64,000 nt of DNA from a virus (Duplodnaviria; Caudoviricetes): IMG/VR virus record IMGVR_UViG_2887198475_000002. One strand, given 5' to 3'. Within the stretch, counting starts at the first letter, position 1. Every line of letters starts with the position of its first letter. A model generated the notes under the pieces. The model ran no database searches and had not been told where the DNA came from. It saw only the letters and a list, made by a program, of their open reading frames with translations. Below are positions 9,701-18,402 of this stretch, one piece after another. A program made the translations under genes and the position numbers.

Positions 9701-12700
9701 GCCAGCGGGGCCGACAGCGCCGGATCCGCCCTCGCCGCCCTGGGCGCCGGCGCCACCGGCACCGCCAGCACCAGCACCAGCGGCTGGGCCAGCACCGCCG
9801 CGGCCGACTTCCGGCGCCACGGGCGGCGCAGAAAGAGGTTGCGGCCCGATCACCTGGGGGCCGGCGCCGCCGGCGCCCGGCCTGAGAACGGGCGCGGCCC
9901 CCGGCGCCGCCGGCGGGGCAGTCATGGGTTGCTGGGGTTGCGAACCGGGCGGGACCGGCTGCGCGCCAGGGCGGCCAACCTCCGCCGGCGCGGTCGGCGT
10001 CGCCCCACCAACACCCGATGCCGCCGGCGGGACAGTCAGCGGGGATGGCCCAGGCGGAATTGCCTGCGCGCCGGGGGCGCCGGCCAGCGCCGAGGCGGCG
10101 TCGCGCCCGCTCTGGCCCGCCACGCCCTCCCCGCCGGCACCACCGGCACCCGGTTCGAGAACAGGAGCTGCGCCAGCCCCCACCGGCGCGGTCGGCACTA
10201 TTCCTGGGTGTCGCGTGGGCGCCCCAGGCGCGGCCGGCGTCGTCCCACCAACACCCGGCGCCGCCGGTGGGGCCGCCAGAGGAACCGGCCCGGGCGGGAT
10301 TGCCCGCGCGCCAGCACCAGCGCCCCCCGGCGCCGCATTGCGCCCGTCCCGCCCTGCCGTGCCTTCGCCACCGGCACCGCCGGCGCCACCAGCGCCAGGG
10401 GCGCCCGGCGCCGCCGGCGGGGCAGTCAGAGGCGGCGGCCCTGGCGGAATCGCCTGCCCGCCGGCGCCGCCAGCACCAGGGGCACCCGGCATCGCCGGCG
10501 GGACAGTCAGCGGGAGCGGCGCGGGCGGAATCGCCTGCACGCCAGGGCGGCCGGCCGGCGCCTGGGCAGCGTCGCGCCCATCGCGGCCGCTCTCACCCGG
10601 CGCGCCAGCACCACCGGCGCCGCCAACACCACCCGCGCCACCGGCGCCAGCGCCAGCACCGGGGCGAAAAACAGGGCCGACGCCCGTTCCAGCCTGCGCG
10701 CCCGGCACCACCGCGGGCGGCTGCTGCGGCAGGGCACCGGCGGTCGATTGCCCGGGAGAAGGCGCGACCTGCCCCGCGGCCGGAGCCGGCCCGCCGACCG
10801 GACGGCCCAGCGCGTCAACCTGCCGCCCCCGCCCGTCAACCGAACCGGGCGCCTCGACAGCCGGAGACGCCGCCGGCGCCGCGCCAGCGTTGCTGGGATC
10901 CGGCGAGACGCGAGGCTCGTTGCCTCTCATTTCCCCCGGGTTCTGAGAGACAACGGGCGGCACCGGCACCGCTTCGCGGCGCGCCTCCGGCTGCGACGAC
11001 ACGGCCCCGACCAGAGATGCAGGGGCCTGCGTGCCCGGCGCGGGAGGGGGCACGGTCACGTTGACGCTGACGTTTGGCGGCGGGGCCGGCCGGCGCGGCT
11101 CGATCGCCGTTGGCTCGCCGCGGGGCGGCCCCTCGACCAGCCCCATCGGCGGCACGGTGGCCAACGGCTCCGGCCCGGGCGGCGGCGGAGGCGGCAATGG
11201 CGGGACTGCCGCGCGCTCTGGCGGAGGAATCGGCACGTACCAATCCGGCCGCTCCGGCGGCGGGAGCGTCGGAAGCGGCTGCGGCAGGTCGGCCGGCTCG
11301 CGCGGAGGAATCGCCTGCGGCTCCGCCGGCTCGGGCGGCTCGGGCGCGGACTGCGGCGGGACAGTCGGCAGCGCCGCCGGCCCCTCCGGCAACGGCTCGC
11401 CCTCCGGCGGCGCAGGCGGACGCTCGACCAAGGGCGGGTGCGGCGGGCGCTCGTTCGGCTCCGGCAGGGGGCTGGCCGGCGGCACCGGCACAACATCCGG
11501 CTTGCCCGGCAGCTCAGAAGCCGGGGCGGGCCGCTCCTCCTCCGCCGGCGCCTCCGCCTGGGCGCGCGGCCGCTGCGGCGCCATAGGCTCCGGAGGAGCG
11601 ACGGTGGCGGGACGAGCCGACGCACGCGGGGAAAGCGCAGCCTGGAAGGCGCGGCTGATGTCCTCTCGCGTTGCACGCGCCTGCGGAGTCTCCGGCTCCT
11701 CCTTCTCCTCCTCCCGGGGACGCTGCGGGACGAGCGGGATCGGCTCCTCCCCGCGCTCGCTCTCCGGCAGCGCGCCCTCCGTAACCTCGATCCCCTGGGC
11801 GCGCAGCTCGTCAGCCGAGAGAGGCGGGAGCTGGCGCGGCCGCGTGACGGGCGGGACCTGCTGCGCCTGCCCGCCCTGGCCTGCCGGGCGCTGCCAGGAT
11901 GGGATGGCGGAAGGCTGCGCTGCCCCCGGCTGGCCGGCGATCGCGGCCGGAGCTGTGACGCCGGGCGGCGACGCCGGCTTGTCCTCGCCCTTGCCGTTCC
12001 ACCACTCCCGCAGCCACGATCCCAGCTTCTGACCGGCCCCCTGGACCGCTTCGATCGGGGGGCGGTTGTAGCCCTCGCCCAGCGCCTCGCTGATGCGCGT
12101 GAGCGGGCGGGCAATGGCGCTGATTACGGTCTTCAGATCGTTGATGGGGGCGACGAGCCCCGTCATGGCCCCCGTCAGCGTGTTGCTGAACGAGGCCATC
12201 GCTTCGACGGTGCGCGTGCCATCGTTGGCTTCGAGCCCGCGGGCGTTGATGGCCTGGGCGAGAGCGGTGCGCAGCTCGTCATCTGTGCCCGCGCGCTGCA
12301 ATGCTTCGCGCCGCTCGGGTGGAAGCGCGATGGTGGAATCTTCGAGGAGACCCCGCCGGCGGGCCTCCATCTGCTCCCGGTTCTCCCCGGCCAGCGTGAT
12401 GAGCGGCTGTAGAGCGCCAGGGTTCACGTCCGACATGGAAATGCCGGCACGCTCGATGGTCGGGAACAGTCGGCCGATGTCACCGCCGGGCGCGGCCTGC
12501 TCGAAAGCCTCGACCTGCCGGATGGTCAGGCCCATGTCGCGCGCGATGCCCGCGCGCCGCCGGTTCGCCTGCTGCTGCGTCTCCGTCCTGGGCGCCGGCG
12601 TCTCCGGCCGCCCTGTGTACATGCGGTTCGCTTCTTCCCACTTCGCCTCGAACAGCGTCGGCGCGGTGGGATCGTCCTCAAGCTCGCCCCGCTCATTCCG

Positions 12701-14047
12701 GCGCCGGCGGATGCGGGCGAACATGCCGCCCTCCTCGATCCGCTGCCACTCCCAGGGGTCCGTGACACCGGCGCGGGTCAGCGCCCGATAGGTCAGATGC
12801 CGCGACGCCTCGCCGGCGCCGCCACCCTGCGTCAGCACCGCGTTGATGCGGTTCAGAACGTCCTCTGCTCCCTGCCCCTGCAAGCCGGGCCGGCCCAGGG
12901 AGGAGAGCGAGGAATACATGCCCGCGAACAGATCGACGTTGCTGCGGTCGGCGAGCTGGCGGTTGCTCTGCTCGGTCCAGCGCACGAGGGCGTCCATGAC
13001 CTCGCCGAAGCGGCCTGTCATGCCGCTCTCGCGCACCGCCTCGCCCACCAGGGCGGCGAAGCGCCGCGGATCCTCCCCCTGCTTGGCGGCGCGGCCCAGG
13101 CCCTGCACCACCTCGCCCGGGTCCTGGCCGTAGGAGCGCGCGACACCGGCTGCCCAGCTCACGCCAGCCTGCGTCGCCCTGCCGCTCGTCTCGTTGGTGA
13201 GCCGCGCCCATTCCAGGCTGTATCTCTGGGCCTCTTGGAAGGTCAGCCCGAAAGCGTCGGCCGTATCGCGGACCTGCCGGCGAAGCGTCTCGAAATCAGT
13301 CCCAGCATCGCGCAGGGTCTTGGACAGGCGATCGTTGGAAACCGCCTCGTCCTGGGCGTTGCCAAGCCCCTTCACGGCCATACCGCCCAGCGCCGAGATG
13401 CCAGCCAGCGCCAACCCGAACTTCGTCGCCTTCAGCAGTCCGCCGGCGCCGCCCATGTCGAGGATGCCGGACAGGAGCCCCTTGTCGGTGCCTCCCTCCT
13501 CGCCCCCTCCGCTCCCGCCACCGCCACCGCCGCCACCACCACTGCCGCGGCCGGTCATGCCCAGGCGGCGGGAGAGCCACGTATCGAGGCCGTAGAGCCA
13601 GCCAGTGCGCGTCTGATGCTGCGGATCGGGCTGGCCCGGCGCTGGGCTTGGGCCTGGGGATGGAGGAGGCGCCCATTGCGTGCCGCGAATCAGGAACGCG
13701 CCGGCATTCGCCTCGTAACGCCGCAGGTCCCGCTGGTCAGCGAAGATTTGGGCCGCGCGATCACGCAGATTGAGGACATCGACGTGCTCCGGACCGCCCG
13801 CCTCGTGCGTGATCTGCCGGGTAGCAGCGCCGGTATCGCCGCGGGCGCGCCGGAGCTGTTCGAGCTGCGCCTGCATCCGCTGCAAGTCGTCGCGCACCGG
13901 CGCGAGGGCCGGGTGCGCGGACGCCAGCACTTCCGCGAGCCGCTTGCCTTCGAGGCCGGCCGCTTTGATGGCCGCCTGGATTTGCGAAAACGCCTGGGTC
14001 GCACCGCTTGGATCGGCGCTGATCCCGATAGATACCCGACCTGCCAC
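6776..14047 (-). CDS. Tape measure protein with long Pro/Gly/Ala-rich insert and C-terminal lysozyme-like (VgrG3-C-like) domain
   Basis: Follows tube and chaperones; helical N-terminal ~700 aa; GSLSARFES..GGWSYGTYQF..VWSTAVQHGPG near C-terminus. Confidence 0.75.
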   Translation of the reverse strand: MAGRVSIGISADPSGATQAFSQIQAAIKAAGLEGKRLAEVLASAHPALAPVRDDLQRMQAQLEQLRRARGDTGAATRQITHEAGGPEHVDVLNLRDRAAQIFADQRDLRRYEANAGAFLIRGTQWAPPPSPGPSPAPGQPDPQHQTRTGWLYGLDTWLSRRLGMTGRGSGGGGGGGGGSGGGEEGGTDKGLLSGILDMGGAGGLLKATKFGLALAGISALGGMAVKGLGNAQDEAVSNDRLSKTLRDAGTDFETLRRQVRDTADAFGLTFQEAQRYSLEWARLTNETSGRATQAGVSWAAGVARSYGQDPGEVVQGLGRAAKQGEDPRRFAALVGEAVRESGMTGRFGEVMDALVRWTEQSNRQLADRSNVDLFAGMYSSLSSLGRPGLQGQGAEDVLNRINAVLTQGGGAGEASRHLTYRALTRAGVTDPWEWQRIEEGGMFARIRRRRNERGELEDDPTAPTLFEAKWEEANRMYTGRPETPAPRTETQQQANRRRAGIARDMGLTIRQVEAFEQAAPGGDIGRLFPTIERAGISMSDVNPGALQPLITLAGENREQMEARRRGLLEDSTIALPPERREALQRAGTDDELRTALAQAINARGLEANDGTRTVEAMASFSNTLTGAMTGLVAPINDLKTVISAIARPLTRISEALGEGYNRPPIEAVQGAGQKLGSWLREWWNGKGEDKPASPPGVTAPAAIAGQPGAAQPSAIPSWQRPAGQGGQAQQVPPVTRPRQLPPLSADELRAQGIEVTEGALPESERGEEPIPLVPQRPREEEKEEPETPQARATREDISRAFQAALSPRASARPATVAPPEPMAPQRPRAQAEAPAEEERPAPASELPGKPDVVPVPPASPLPEPNERPPHPPLVERPPAPPEGEPLPEGPAALPTVPPQSAPEPPEPAEPQAIPPREPADLPQPLPTLPPPERPDWYVPIPPPERAAVPPLPPPPPPGPEPLATVPPMGLVEGPPRGEPTAIEPRRPAPPPNVSVNVTVPPPAPGTQAPASLVGAVSSQPEARREAVPVPPVVSQNPGEMRGNEPRVSPDPSNAGAAPAASPAVEAPGSVDGRGRQVDALGRPVGGPAPAAGQVAPSPGQSTAGALPQQPPAVVPGAQAGTGVGPVFRPGAGAGAGGAGGVGGAGGAGAPGESGRDGRDAAQAPAGRPGVQAIPPAPLPLTVPPAMPGAPGAGGAGGQAIPPGPPPLTAPPAAPGAPGAGGAGGAGGEGTAGRDGRNAAPGGAGAGARAIPPGPVPLAAPPAAPGVGGTTPAAPGAPTRHPGIVPTAPVGAGAAPVLEPGAGGAGGEGVAGQSGRDAASALAGAPGAQAIPPGPSPLTVPPAASGVGGATPTAPAEVGRPGAQPVPPGSQPQQPMTAPPAAPGAAPVLRPGAGGAGPQVIGPQPLSAPPVAPEVGRGGAGPAAGAGAGGAGGAGAQGGEGGSGAVGPAGERGPGAVSGYPPASVRPSSDIIRRADQGYARQPGAPGADGGQNAPLPASPAPILPPPAGGAVAPLPRRPSRVPRQGEEPQTPSAAGAGGAGGEGAPGDGGRDGRDASLPAALPSSVAPGAGSQLPALPPAQGRGQTAAAPPSARAVAGVAGAGAIAPAPAPTPAPTGQPIPPDPQPLTAPPPAQQRTLGDRFRRLFGVTPTHVDPSWRPIEGDPVPAGWSAPGWAERDGKAVPVPEAGREVMPGTVTAPPLDGGHEVAPPAESAPPGAPPAVPAAGQPQAPAAAAPPLPATPTRPPGAAVRRPTQPPPLARAPRTAEEAAAGAPIAQAGEVEAARTAGEQAVPPPSEAAIVRDPGERYALTNPAPLPGAPVGGSAPAGGNQAAPAGAPAPNLGRPSAPQQPPGAVTGGAGAAPETGANAGPAGGDRGPGAAPGPAQPGTPARPPGLAAQPRSAGRAGAPAAPGAAQPEGQPGPSAQVPQQPRGDWRLPENRPQGGGWIGPSIRRQEHGPAAGTPMEGGAVSPELTRPGRGAGGRVPPGVMGAQEGAPGSQPGIGRVAFSPGANGGVSQAPQLSPPGAGGGAGNGAPIGSLSARFESARAGATAIGRDSTGGWSYGTYQFASARGSVEPFLATLRREAPDIAARLDAAGGSRAALAGTAQFRQAWQQAATDPRFAGIEHAHIQATHYNPLARTAGELGIDLQGRSAALRDVVWSTAVQHGPGRSLNSSRGPTGGASVLQDAVRSLGARTPEQVARLTDEQISQAIYAQRRTRFSNSTPNERASVMRRFDQEGALALRRIGEERAAIAAAPQVPRPEAAAGAAQGGAQAMPPGAAMAVPPGAPRPPGPAIVPPGAPRPPESAIVLPAAAHAPQPAADLPQAPTGMPSPEPATAASGAVPSPGYGTALPPEERARLAEQGSPGMAGAGAGAQQISVSTSANIAPLRVVHETDKGEDRGEEFLPVTAYEAPKAWGASA

Positions 14048-14050
14048 GCC

Positions 14051-14090
14051 GCAACCCTTTCTGCGCTCGCAGAGAGGGTTGCGTCACGAC
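14051..14090 (-). promoter_or_regulatory. GTCGTGAC motif plus RBS-occluding hairpin
   Basis: GTCGTGAC-GCAACCCTCTCTGC-GAGC-GCAGAAAGGGTTGC-GGC-GTG. Confidence 0.65.
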
Positions 14091-14096
14091 CGGCGG

Positions 14097-14477
14097 CTAT
14101 CTGCCGGCGTCTCCCCAGCGGCTATCCGCGACGGTTTCCCAGGCGTCCCCGTCCGCCTCGTTCGCGGCGTGGACGGCGGCGACCTGGGCTTCGTGCTGTT
14201 CCGCCTTGGCGATCTGGTCTGCGGTTGGCTCCGGAGCCTTGGCGCCGGAGGCAGCGATTTGCTCCTCCAACATCGCTTCCAGCTCCGCCATTTCCTGCTC
14301 GAAATCAGGGTTGATGTGCTCGTCGCGGAGCTTGGGATTGTCCGTGACGGCGTGAGCCCAATAGTCGAGGACGATGTCCTCAACGGTCATGTCGAGGAAG
14401 CGCGGATCGGTCGGAGGAAGGCCGTAGCGGCGCCGGACATGGAAGTCCATCCGGTCAGCCAGCTCGAAGCCCCACAT
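14097..14477 (-). CDS. Tail assembly chaperone, T-like part
   Basis: Between chaperone G and tape measure; frame stays open upstream across TTT-CGC of G. Confidence 0.6.
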   Translation of the reverse strand: MWGFELADRMDFHVRRRYGLPPTDPRFLDMTVEDIVLDYWAHAVTDNPKLRDEHINPDFEQEMAELEAMLEEQIAASGAKAPEPTADQIAKAEQHEAQVAAVHAANEADGDAWETVADSRWGDAGR

Positions 14478-14490
14478 GCGCCCGTTGCGC

Positions 14491-14802
14491 TCAAGCTCCG
14501 CCGCGAAATCGGTCCTCCGCTACGCGGAGCGCGCCAAATACCTTCCAGAGTTCCGCAGACACGTCCCTGTCCAGAGGATCAAGGTATTCCACGTTCCAGC
14601 CGGCGGGAGCCTCTTTAATCAGGACGATCAGCGTCGCCATCGCAAGGCTGATGTCTTTCAGGTCCGGATCGTCGGTCGGCCCGCCTGTGATCCGCACGGC
14701 CTCGGCCTGGATGCGGATCTGATCGCGGATCAGACGCTTGCGGAATACGAAATGGCCGACGCCTGGGACATCGACCGGATAGGTGCGCTCTGCGGCTTGC
14801 AT
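14491..14802 (-). CDS. Tail assembly chaperone, G-like
   Basis: 103 aa just downstream of tail tube. Confidence 0.65.
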   Translation of the reverse strand: MQAAERTYPVDVPGVGHFVFRKRLIRDQIRIQAEAVRITGGPTDDPDLKDISLAMATLIVLIKEAPAGWNVEYLDPLDRDVSAELWKVFGALRVAEDRFRGGA

Positions 14803-14805
14803 GGG

Positions 14806-14848
14806 AAAGCCCGTCCCTTGTGAGAGGGACGAGCTTTTTCGTCACGAC
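14806..14848 (-). promoter_or_regulatory. GTCGTGAC motif plus RBS-occluding hairpin
   Basis: GTCGTGAC-GAA-AAAGCTCGTCCCT-CTCACA-AGGGACGGGCTTT-CCC-ATG. Confidence 0.6.
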
Positions 14849-14908
14849 CTGACGCGCGCTATGCTGGGAGCGGCGCCAGCTTACCCAGGCGTCGCAACCG
14901 CAGGGGGA

Positions 14909-15361
14909 TTAAAGGCCCTGACCGCGCACATCCAGGGCGCGGAACTGACCGGATTGCATCGTGATCCGGTGCGCCGTGATGTCCACGTCGCCGCTGTCGA
15001 ACGAGCAGCCGATGATCTCGCGCAGGATTTCGCCGGCGCCGATCGCCCGGGGGCCGGGACCGCCCTTGGACAGAATGACGATGTCAAAGATCAGCGCCCG
15101 CATCACGGCTTCGCCGTTCTCGTTCATCTGCGCGAGTTCGGAGCGAAGATTTTGCCTGACAAGCGCCATATTAGAGATACTGACGGAATGCACGGCCTTG
15201 GAAGGGACATGCTCCACGACATGGATGTCGCCGATTCCAGAAGCATCTTCAAGGCCATAGTTGTCCGACAGGCGAACGGACTGGATCAGGCCGATAACCC
15301 TGTCGTCCACGCGGACCTCAATGCGGTTGCCGCTGAACGTTTGATGATTCTCGCGAGGCAT
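14909..15361 (-). CDS. Tail tube protein
   Basis: 150 aa after sheath; SGNRIEV..IGLIQS..YG..SGIGDIHVVEHVP. Confidence 0.8.
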   Translation of the reverse strand: MPRENHQTFSGNRIEVRVDDRVIGLIQSVRLSDNYGLEDASGIGDIHVVEHVPSKAVHSVSISNMALVRQNLRSELAQMNENGEAVMRALIFDIVILSKGGPGPRAIGAGEILREIIGCSFDSGDVDITAHRITMQSGQFRALDVRGQGL

Positions 15362-15423
15362 ACTCTATGCTCCTCTGCGGAGCGCGGCTGCCCACCGCGC
15401 CCGCCTGTGCGGTTGCGGTGCTG

Positions 15424-17163
15424 TTAAGTCAGGGTCGCCGTGCCGCTGTAGGGCGTCACGGAGATACCAACGGTGGTGAAGTTATTCGGAATAACGGGCG
15501 AGCATTGGAAGGTGATGCCCGTCACGTCACCGTTGATGCTTGCAGCAAGGTTTTTGTAAGCTGGGCTTTTCGTGTCGCCAACAAGGATGCCAGGGCCGGC
15601 CGGCTCCTCTTTGGCGAGATAGTCCAGCACCGTCCGCGTGATGGACAGCCCGCGCGACATGAGAGACGGGCTGGCCTTCTGACCGCGCAGCACATCGAGG
15701 GCTTTGCGCACGCTGCGGGCAACATAATCGACCGCAGAGCCGCAGGAGTTCTCGACGCGGTTGTAATTGTCGTCGGACAGCCACGTCGAGATGTCGCGCA
15801 CGACCTTGAACCCGTCCTCCCCCGCGTTCTCCACGACGCAGATGCCGAACCGGATCAGCTCGTCAGTATCGACGGGGTTGCGCGCCTCGAACTCAAGCCC
15901 GCCGACACGGACCGGCTTGTTGGTCAGGCTCGTGCCCGGGTTTACGCCGGCCGCCATCGCCGCCAAAAGAACAGCGGTCATGTAGCCCGGCAGCACCACC
16001 CGGTTGCCGCGGTTGTCGAAGTCATAGTGCGCCGGCCAGCAGAAAGAGGTCCGGTCGGAGCCGATCGCGGCCGCGAGCGACTTGGCCTCTTCCATATCGG
16101 TCCCGGCCGGGCCGCCAACACGCGCGCGCCGCTCGCGCTGCCCCGCATCGCTCATGAAGATGCAATGCGCATCCACCATCGCGTGAACCGCCGAGTCGGC
16201 GGAGAGCGGGACGATGTGCTGGATGTCCAGCCGCTCGCAGGCGTCGATGGCGGTTGACCAGTCCTCGTTCGTCACGGCCGGATCAGCCGCGCCGGTGAGG
16301 AAGGTCCAGGCGACGTTTGCCGGCGGCGAACCGGCGCCGGTGGCGCGCTCGCCAATCGCAAGGCCGGAGGCCGGGCTGTTCAGCCAGTCCACCACGGCCT
16401 GCAAGTCCCCCTTGACGGTGAACGAGGCGGTTTTCACGTCCTGGGCGGTCACGAAGTCCAGGGCGGACGCCGCGCGAAGCAGCTCGGAGCCGGAAGCAGG
16501 CGTTGCGGAGAAGCCGGCGACGGCGTTGATGCGGTCGCAGACCTCCTGAATGGTCGGGAAGTCCTCGAAGGCGATCGTCGCGCGGACCGCGGCCGTGCCG
16601 GCGTCGGCGCCCGACTTGAGGACAACGTTCGCGCCCGCCACAGTGATGTTCGCCACCGCATCAGCGCCGGTGTAGTGGACGCTGAAGGCGTTCCGCGCGA
16701 GGTTGTCGCCAACGCTGTATTCGTTGCCGGCCTGCACGGTGATCTTCTTGCCGCGCAGGGTGCCGGCCTCGACCTTCGCGCGAATGGTGTTGGCCGGGAT
16801 GCCATAGAGCTTCGAGCGCAGCACGATGGAATCGGCCGCCGAGCCATCCTTGAGGGTCAGGCTGGAACGGGTCGCCTGACCGACGCGGATCAGCGTCAGG
16901 GTGCGCGGCCCGCCCGTGGCAGAGCTGGGGCCGAACGCCTTGCGGGCGGCAACCAGCAATTCGCCACCGCGCACCTTGCGCTTGGCGTCCTCGGGGGACT
17001 GGACCCGGATGGGCACGTTCGGCTGGCCGCCATCGGCGCGGCCGACAATGACCATGTCATTGCCAACCGCGGGGTTCCGCGGCGACATGTCCTCGTCATT
17101 GACCTGGGAGAACGTGCCCGGCGTATAGTGCAGAATGCCGTTGAAAAAGACACTGGAAGCCAC
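15424..17163 (-). CDS. Contractile tail sheath protein
   Basis: 579 aa; YTPGTFS, VGRADGGQPN, TAVLLAAMAAG..SLTNK, C-terminal PVIPNNF. Confidence 0.9.
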   Translation of the reverse strand: MASSVFFNGILHYTPGTFSQVNDEDMSPRNPAVGNDMVIVGRADGGQPNVPIRVQSPEDAKRKVRGGELLVAARKAFGPSSATGGPRTLTLIRVGQATRSSLTLKDGSAADSIVLRSKLYGIPANTIRAKVEAGTLRGKKITVQAGNEYSVGDNLARNAFSVHYTGADAVANITVAGANVVLKSGADAGTAAVRATIAFEDFPTIQEVCDRINAVAGFSATPASGSELLRAASALDFVTAQDVKTASFTVKGDLQAVVDWLNSPASGLAIGERATGAGSPPANVAWTFLTGAADPAVTNEDWSTAIDACERLDIQHIVPLSADSAVHAMVDAHCIFMSDAGQRERRARVGGPAGTDMEEAKSLAAAIGSDRTSFCWPAHYDFDNRGNRVVLPGYMTAVLLAAMAAGVNPGTSLTNKPVRVGGLEFEARNPVDTDELIRFGICVVENAGEDGFKVVRDISTWLSDDNYNRVENSCGSAVDYVARSVRKALDVLRGQKASPSLMSRGLSITRTVLDYLAKEEPAGPGILVGDTKSPAYKNLAASINGDVTGITFQCSPVIPNNFTTVGISVTPYSGTATLT

Positions 17164-17201
17164 GGAGTTGCGCTCCTGCGTTCAGAGTTGCGATCAGGCG
17201 A

Positions 17202-17495
17202 TCAGGCGGTCGGGCGACGCCGGAAGCCGACGAACCGGGCGCGATAGGCGGCTTCCGTGTCGCGGAGGCGTCCCGCGGCCTTCTCTTCGGCGTGGAAGGC
17301 AGAGACGAGCGTTGCAGAGCGGATGCCCTGCGAGATCGCTGCTGCGGCTTCCTCAAGGGAGACAAGCGGCGCTTCATCGGCTACGGGAGCCGGCGCCGGA
17401 CCGGCCGTGGTCGGCTTCGCCTTGGGCGCCGGGGCATCGGACGCTGCGGCGGTTTCTTCCGCCGCAGCCGCGGCAGGAGTTGGGTTCTTAGCCAT
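17202..17495 (-). CDS. Small virion-region protein
   Basis: ATG 17495 (MAKNPTP) overlaps the upstream stop. Confidence 0.55.
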   Translation of the reverse strand: MAKNPTPAAAAAEETAAASDAPAPKAKPTTAGPAPAPVADEAPLVSLEEAAAAISQGIRSATLVSAFHAEEKAAGRLRDTEAAYRARFVGFRRRPTA

Positions 17496-18363
17496 TGCCT
17501 TCGTTGCTCTCCTGAGAAGGGAAGAAAGCGGACGCGGACACTTCCACGTCCCTGATCGGCCCCACGCGATGCGACGCATAGGACGGCGCGATGCACGAGA
17601 ACTGCCCCACCGACATGAACAGAATCGCGTTGCTGTTCTTCGGCCCTTCGTCCTCGTGGTCGGACAGCGAGAACTCGACTTGATCCAGGCCCGCGGCCTT
17701 GAAAACAGGCAGGTTCGCGATGACGATGCGCTTGATGGCGCGGCGCAACGCGATGCGCTCGTCCCCGTTCAAGGAGACGGCGACGACGCGCAGCACCACG
17801 CGCGAGAGCCAGCCTTCGCCATCGTCCCAGCCCACGCCCTCGATCACCTCGCCGTCGCCGAACGACTCCCCGATGCCGCGGTAGGCGGGCAGGTCGCTTT
17901 CGAGGTGGACGGACACGCAGGGAAAGGTGACGTGCTCGACCATCGCGAAGGGCGCGGTCACGACCTGAATCTTGCCGGACTGCGGCAGCAGCGCCCCGCG
18001 CTGCACTTCGGTCTTGAGCCCCGCTTCGAGCCGGTCGCGAAGGACCGTCTGCGGGTCCGCATCGTCGCCGGCATAGGACGCCTGGGGCACCCCCTGGCCT
18101 TCGTCATGGCCGATCCAGGCGCCGGTGCGGCCCCGGTAATAGACGCGGTAGTGGTAGGTCGCCCCGTTGGACAGCCCCTTGGCGTCCATCACCACGTTCG
18201 CGTCGGTCCGGTCCACGACCATGGCCGCCCCGGGATCGTCCGGCCCGGTGAAGGCCGCCGGGTTCGTGCGACGAAGCACGCGCCAGCTCGTCGCCTCGTT
18301 CGGAGGCGTGAGATAGAGGCGCAGCGCGCCGCCGGCCATGAGTGTTTCGATGTACGAAATCAT
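17488..18363 (-). CDS. Tail completion/terminator-like protein
   Basis: 291 aa directly upstream of the sheath region; FN3-like N-terminus, FPCVSVHL. Confidence 0.6.
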   Translation of the reverse strand: MISYIETLMAGGALRLYLTPPNEATSWRVLRRTNPAAFTGPDDPGAAMVVDRTDANVVMDAKGLSNGATYHYRVYYRGRTGAWIGHDEGQGVPQASYAGDDADPQTVLRDRLEAGLKTEVQRGALLPQSGKIQVVTAPFAMVEHVTFPCVSVHLESDLPAYRGIGESFGDGEVIEGVGWDDGEGWLSRVVLRVVAVSLNGDERIALRRAIKRIVIANLPVFKAAGLDQVEFSLSDHEDEGPKNSNAILFMSVGQFSCIAPSYASHRVGPIRDVEVSASAFFPSQESNEGNG

Positions 18364-18378
18364 CGTCCGCAGCTTTCC

Positions 18379-18386
18379 GTCACGAC
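18379..18386 (-). promoter_or_regulatory. GTCGTGAC putative late-promoter motif
   Basis: GTCGTGAC-GGAAAGCT, 15 nt before ATG 18363. Confidence 0.7.
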
Positions 18387-18402
18387 CTGCCCCGCGGAGG
18401 CC

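Noticed and set aside
3883-17163. Tailocin or eCIS interpretation
   Set aside because: Capsid, protease, scaffold and neck genes are present
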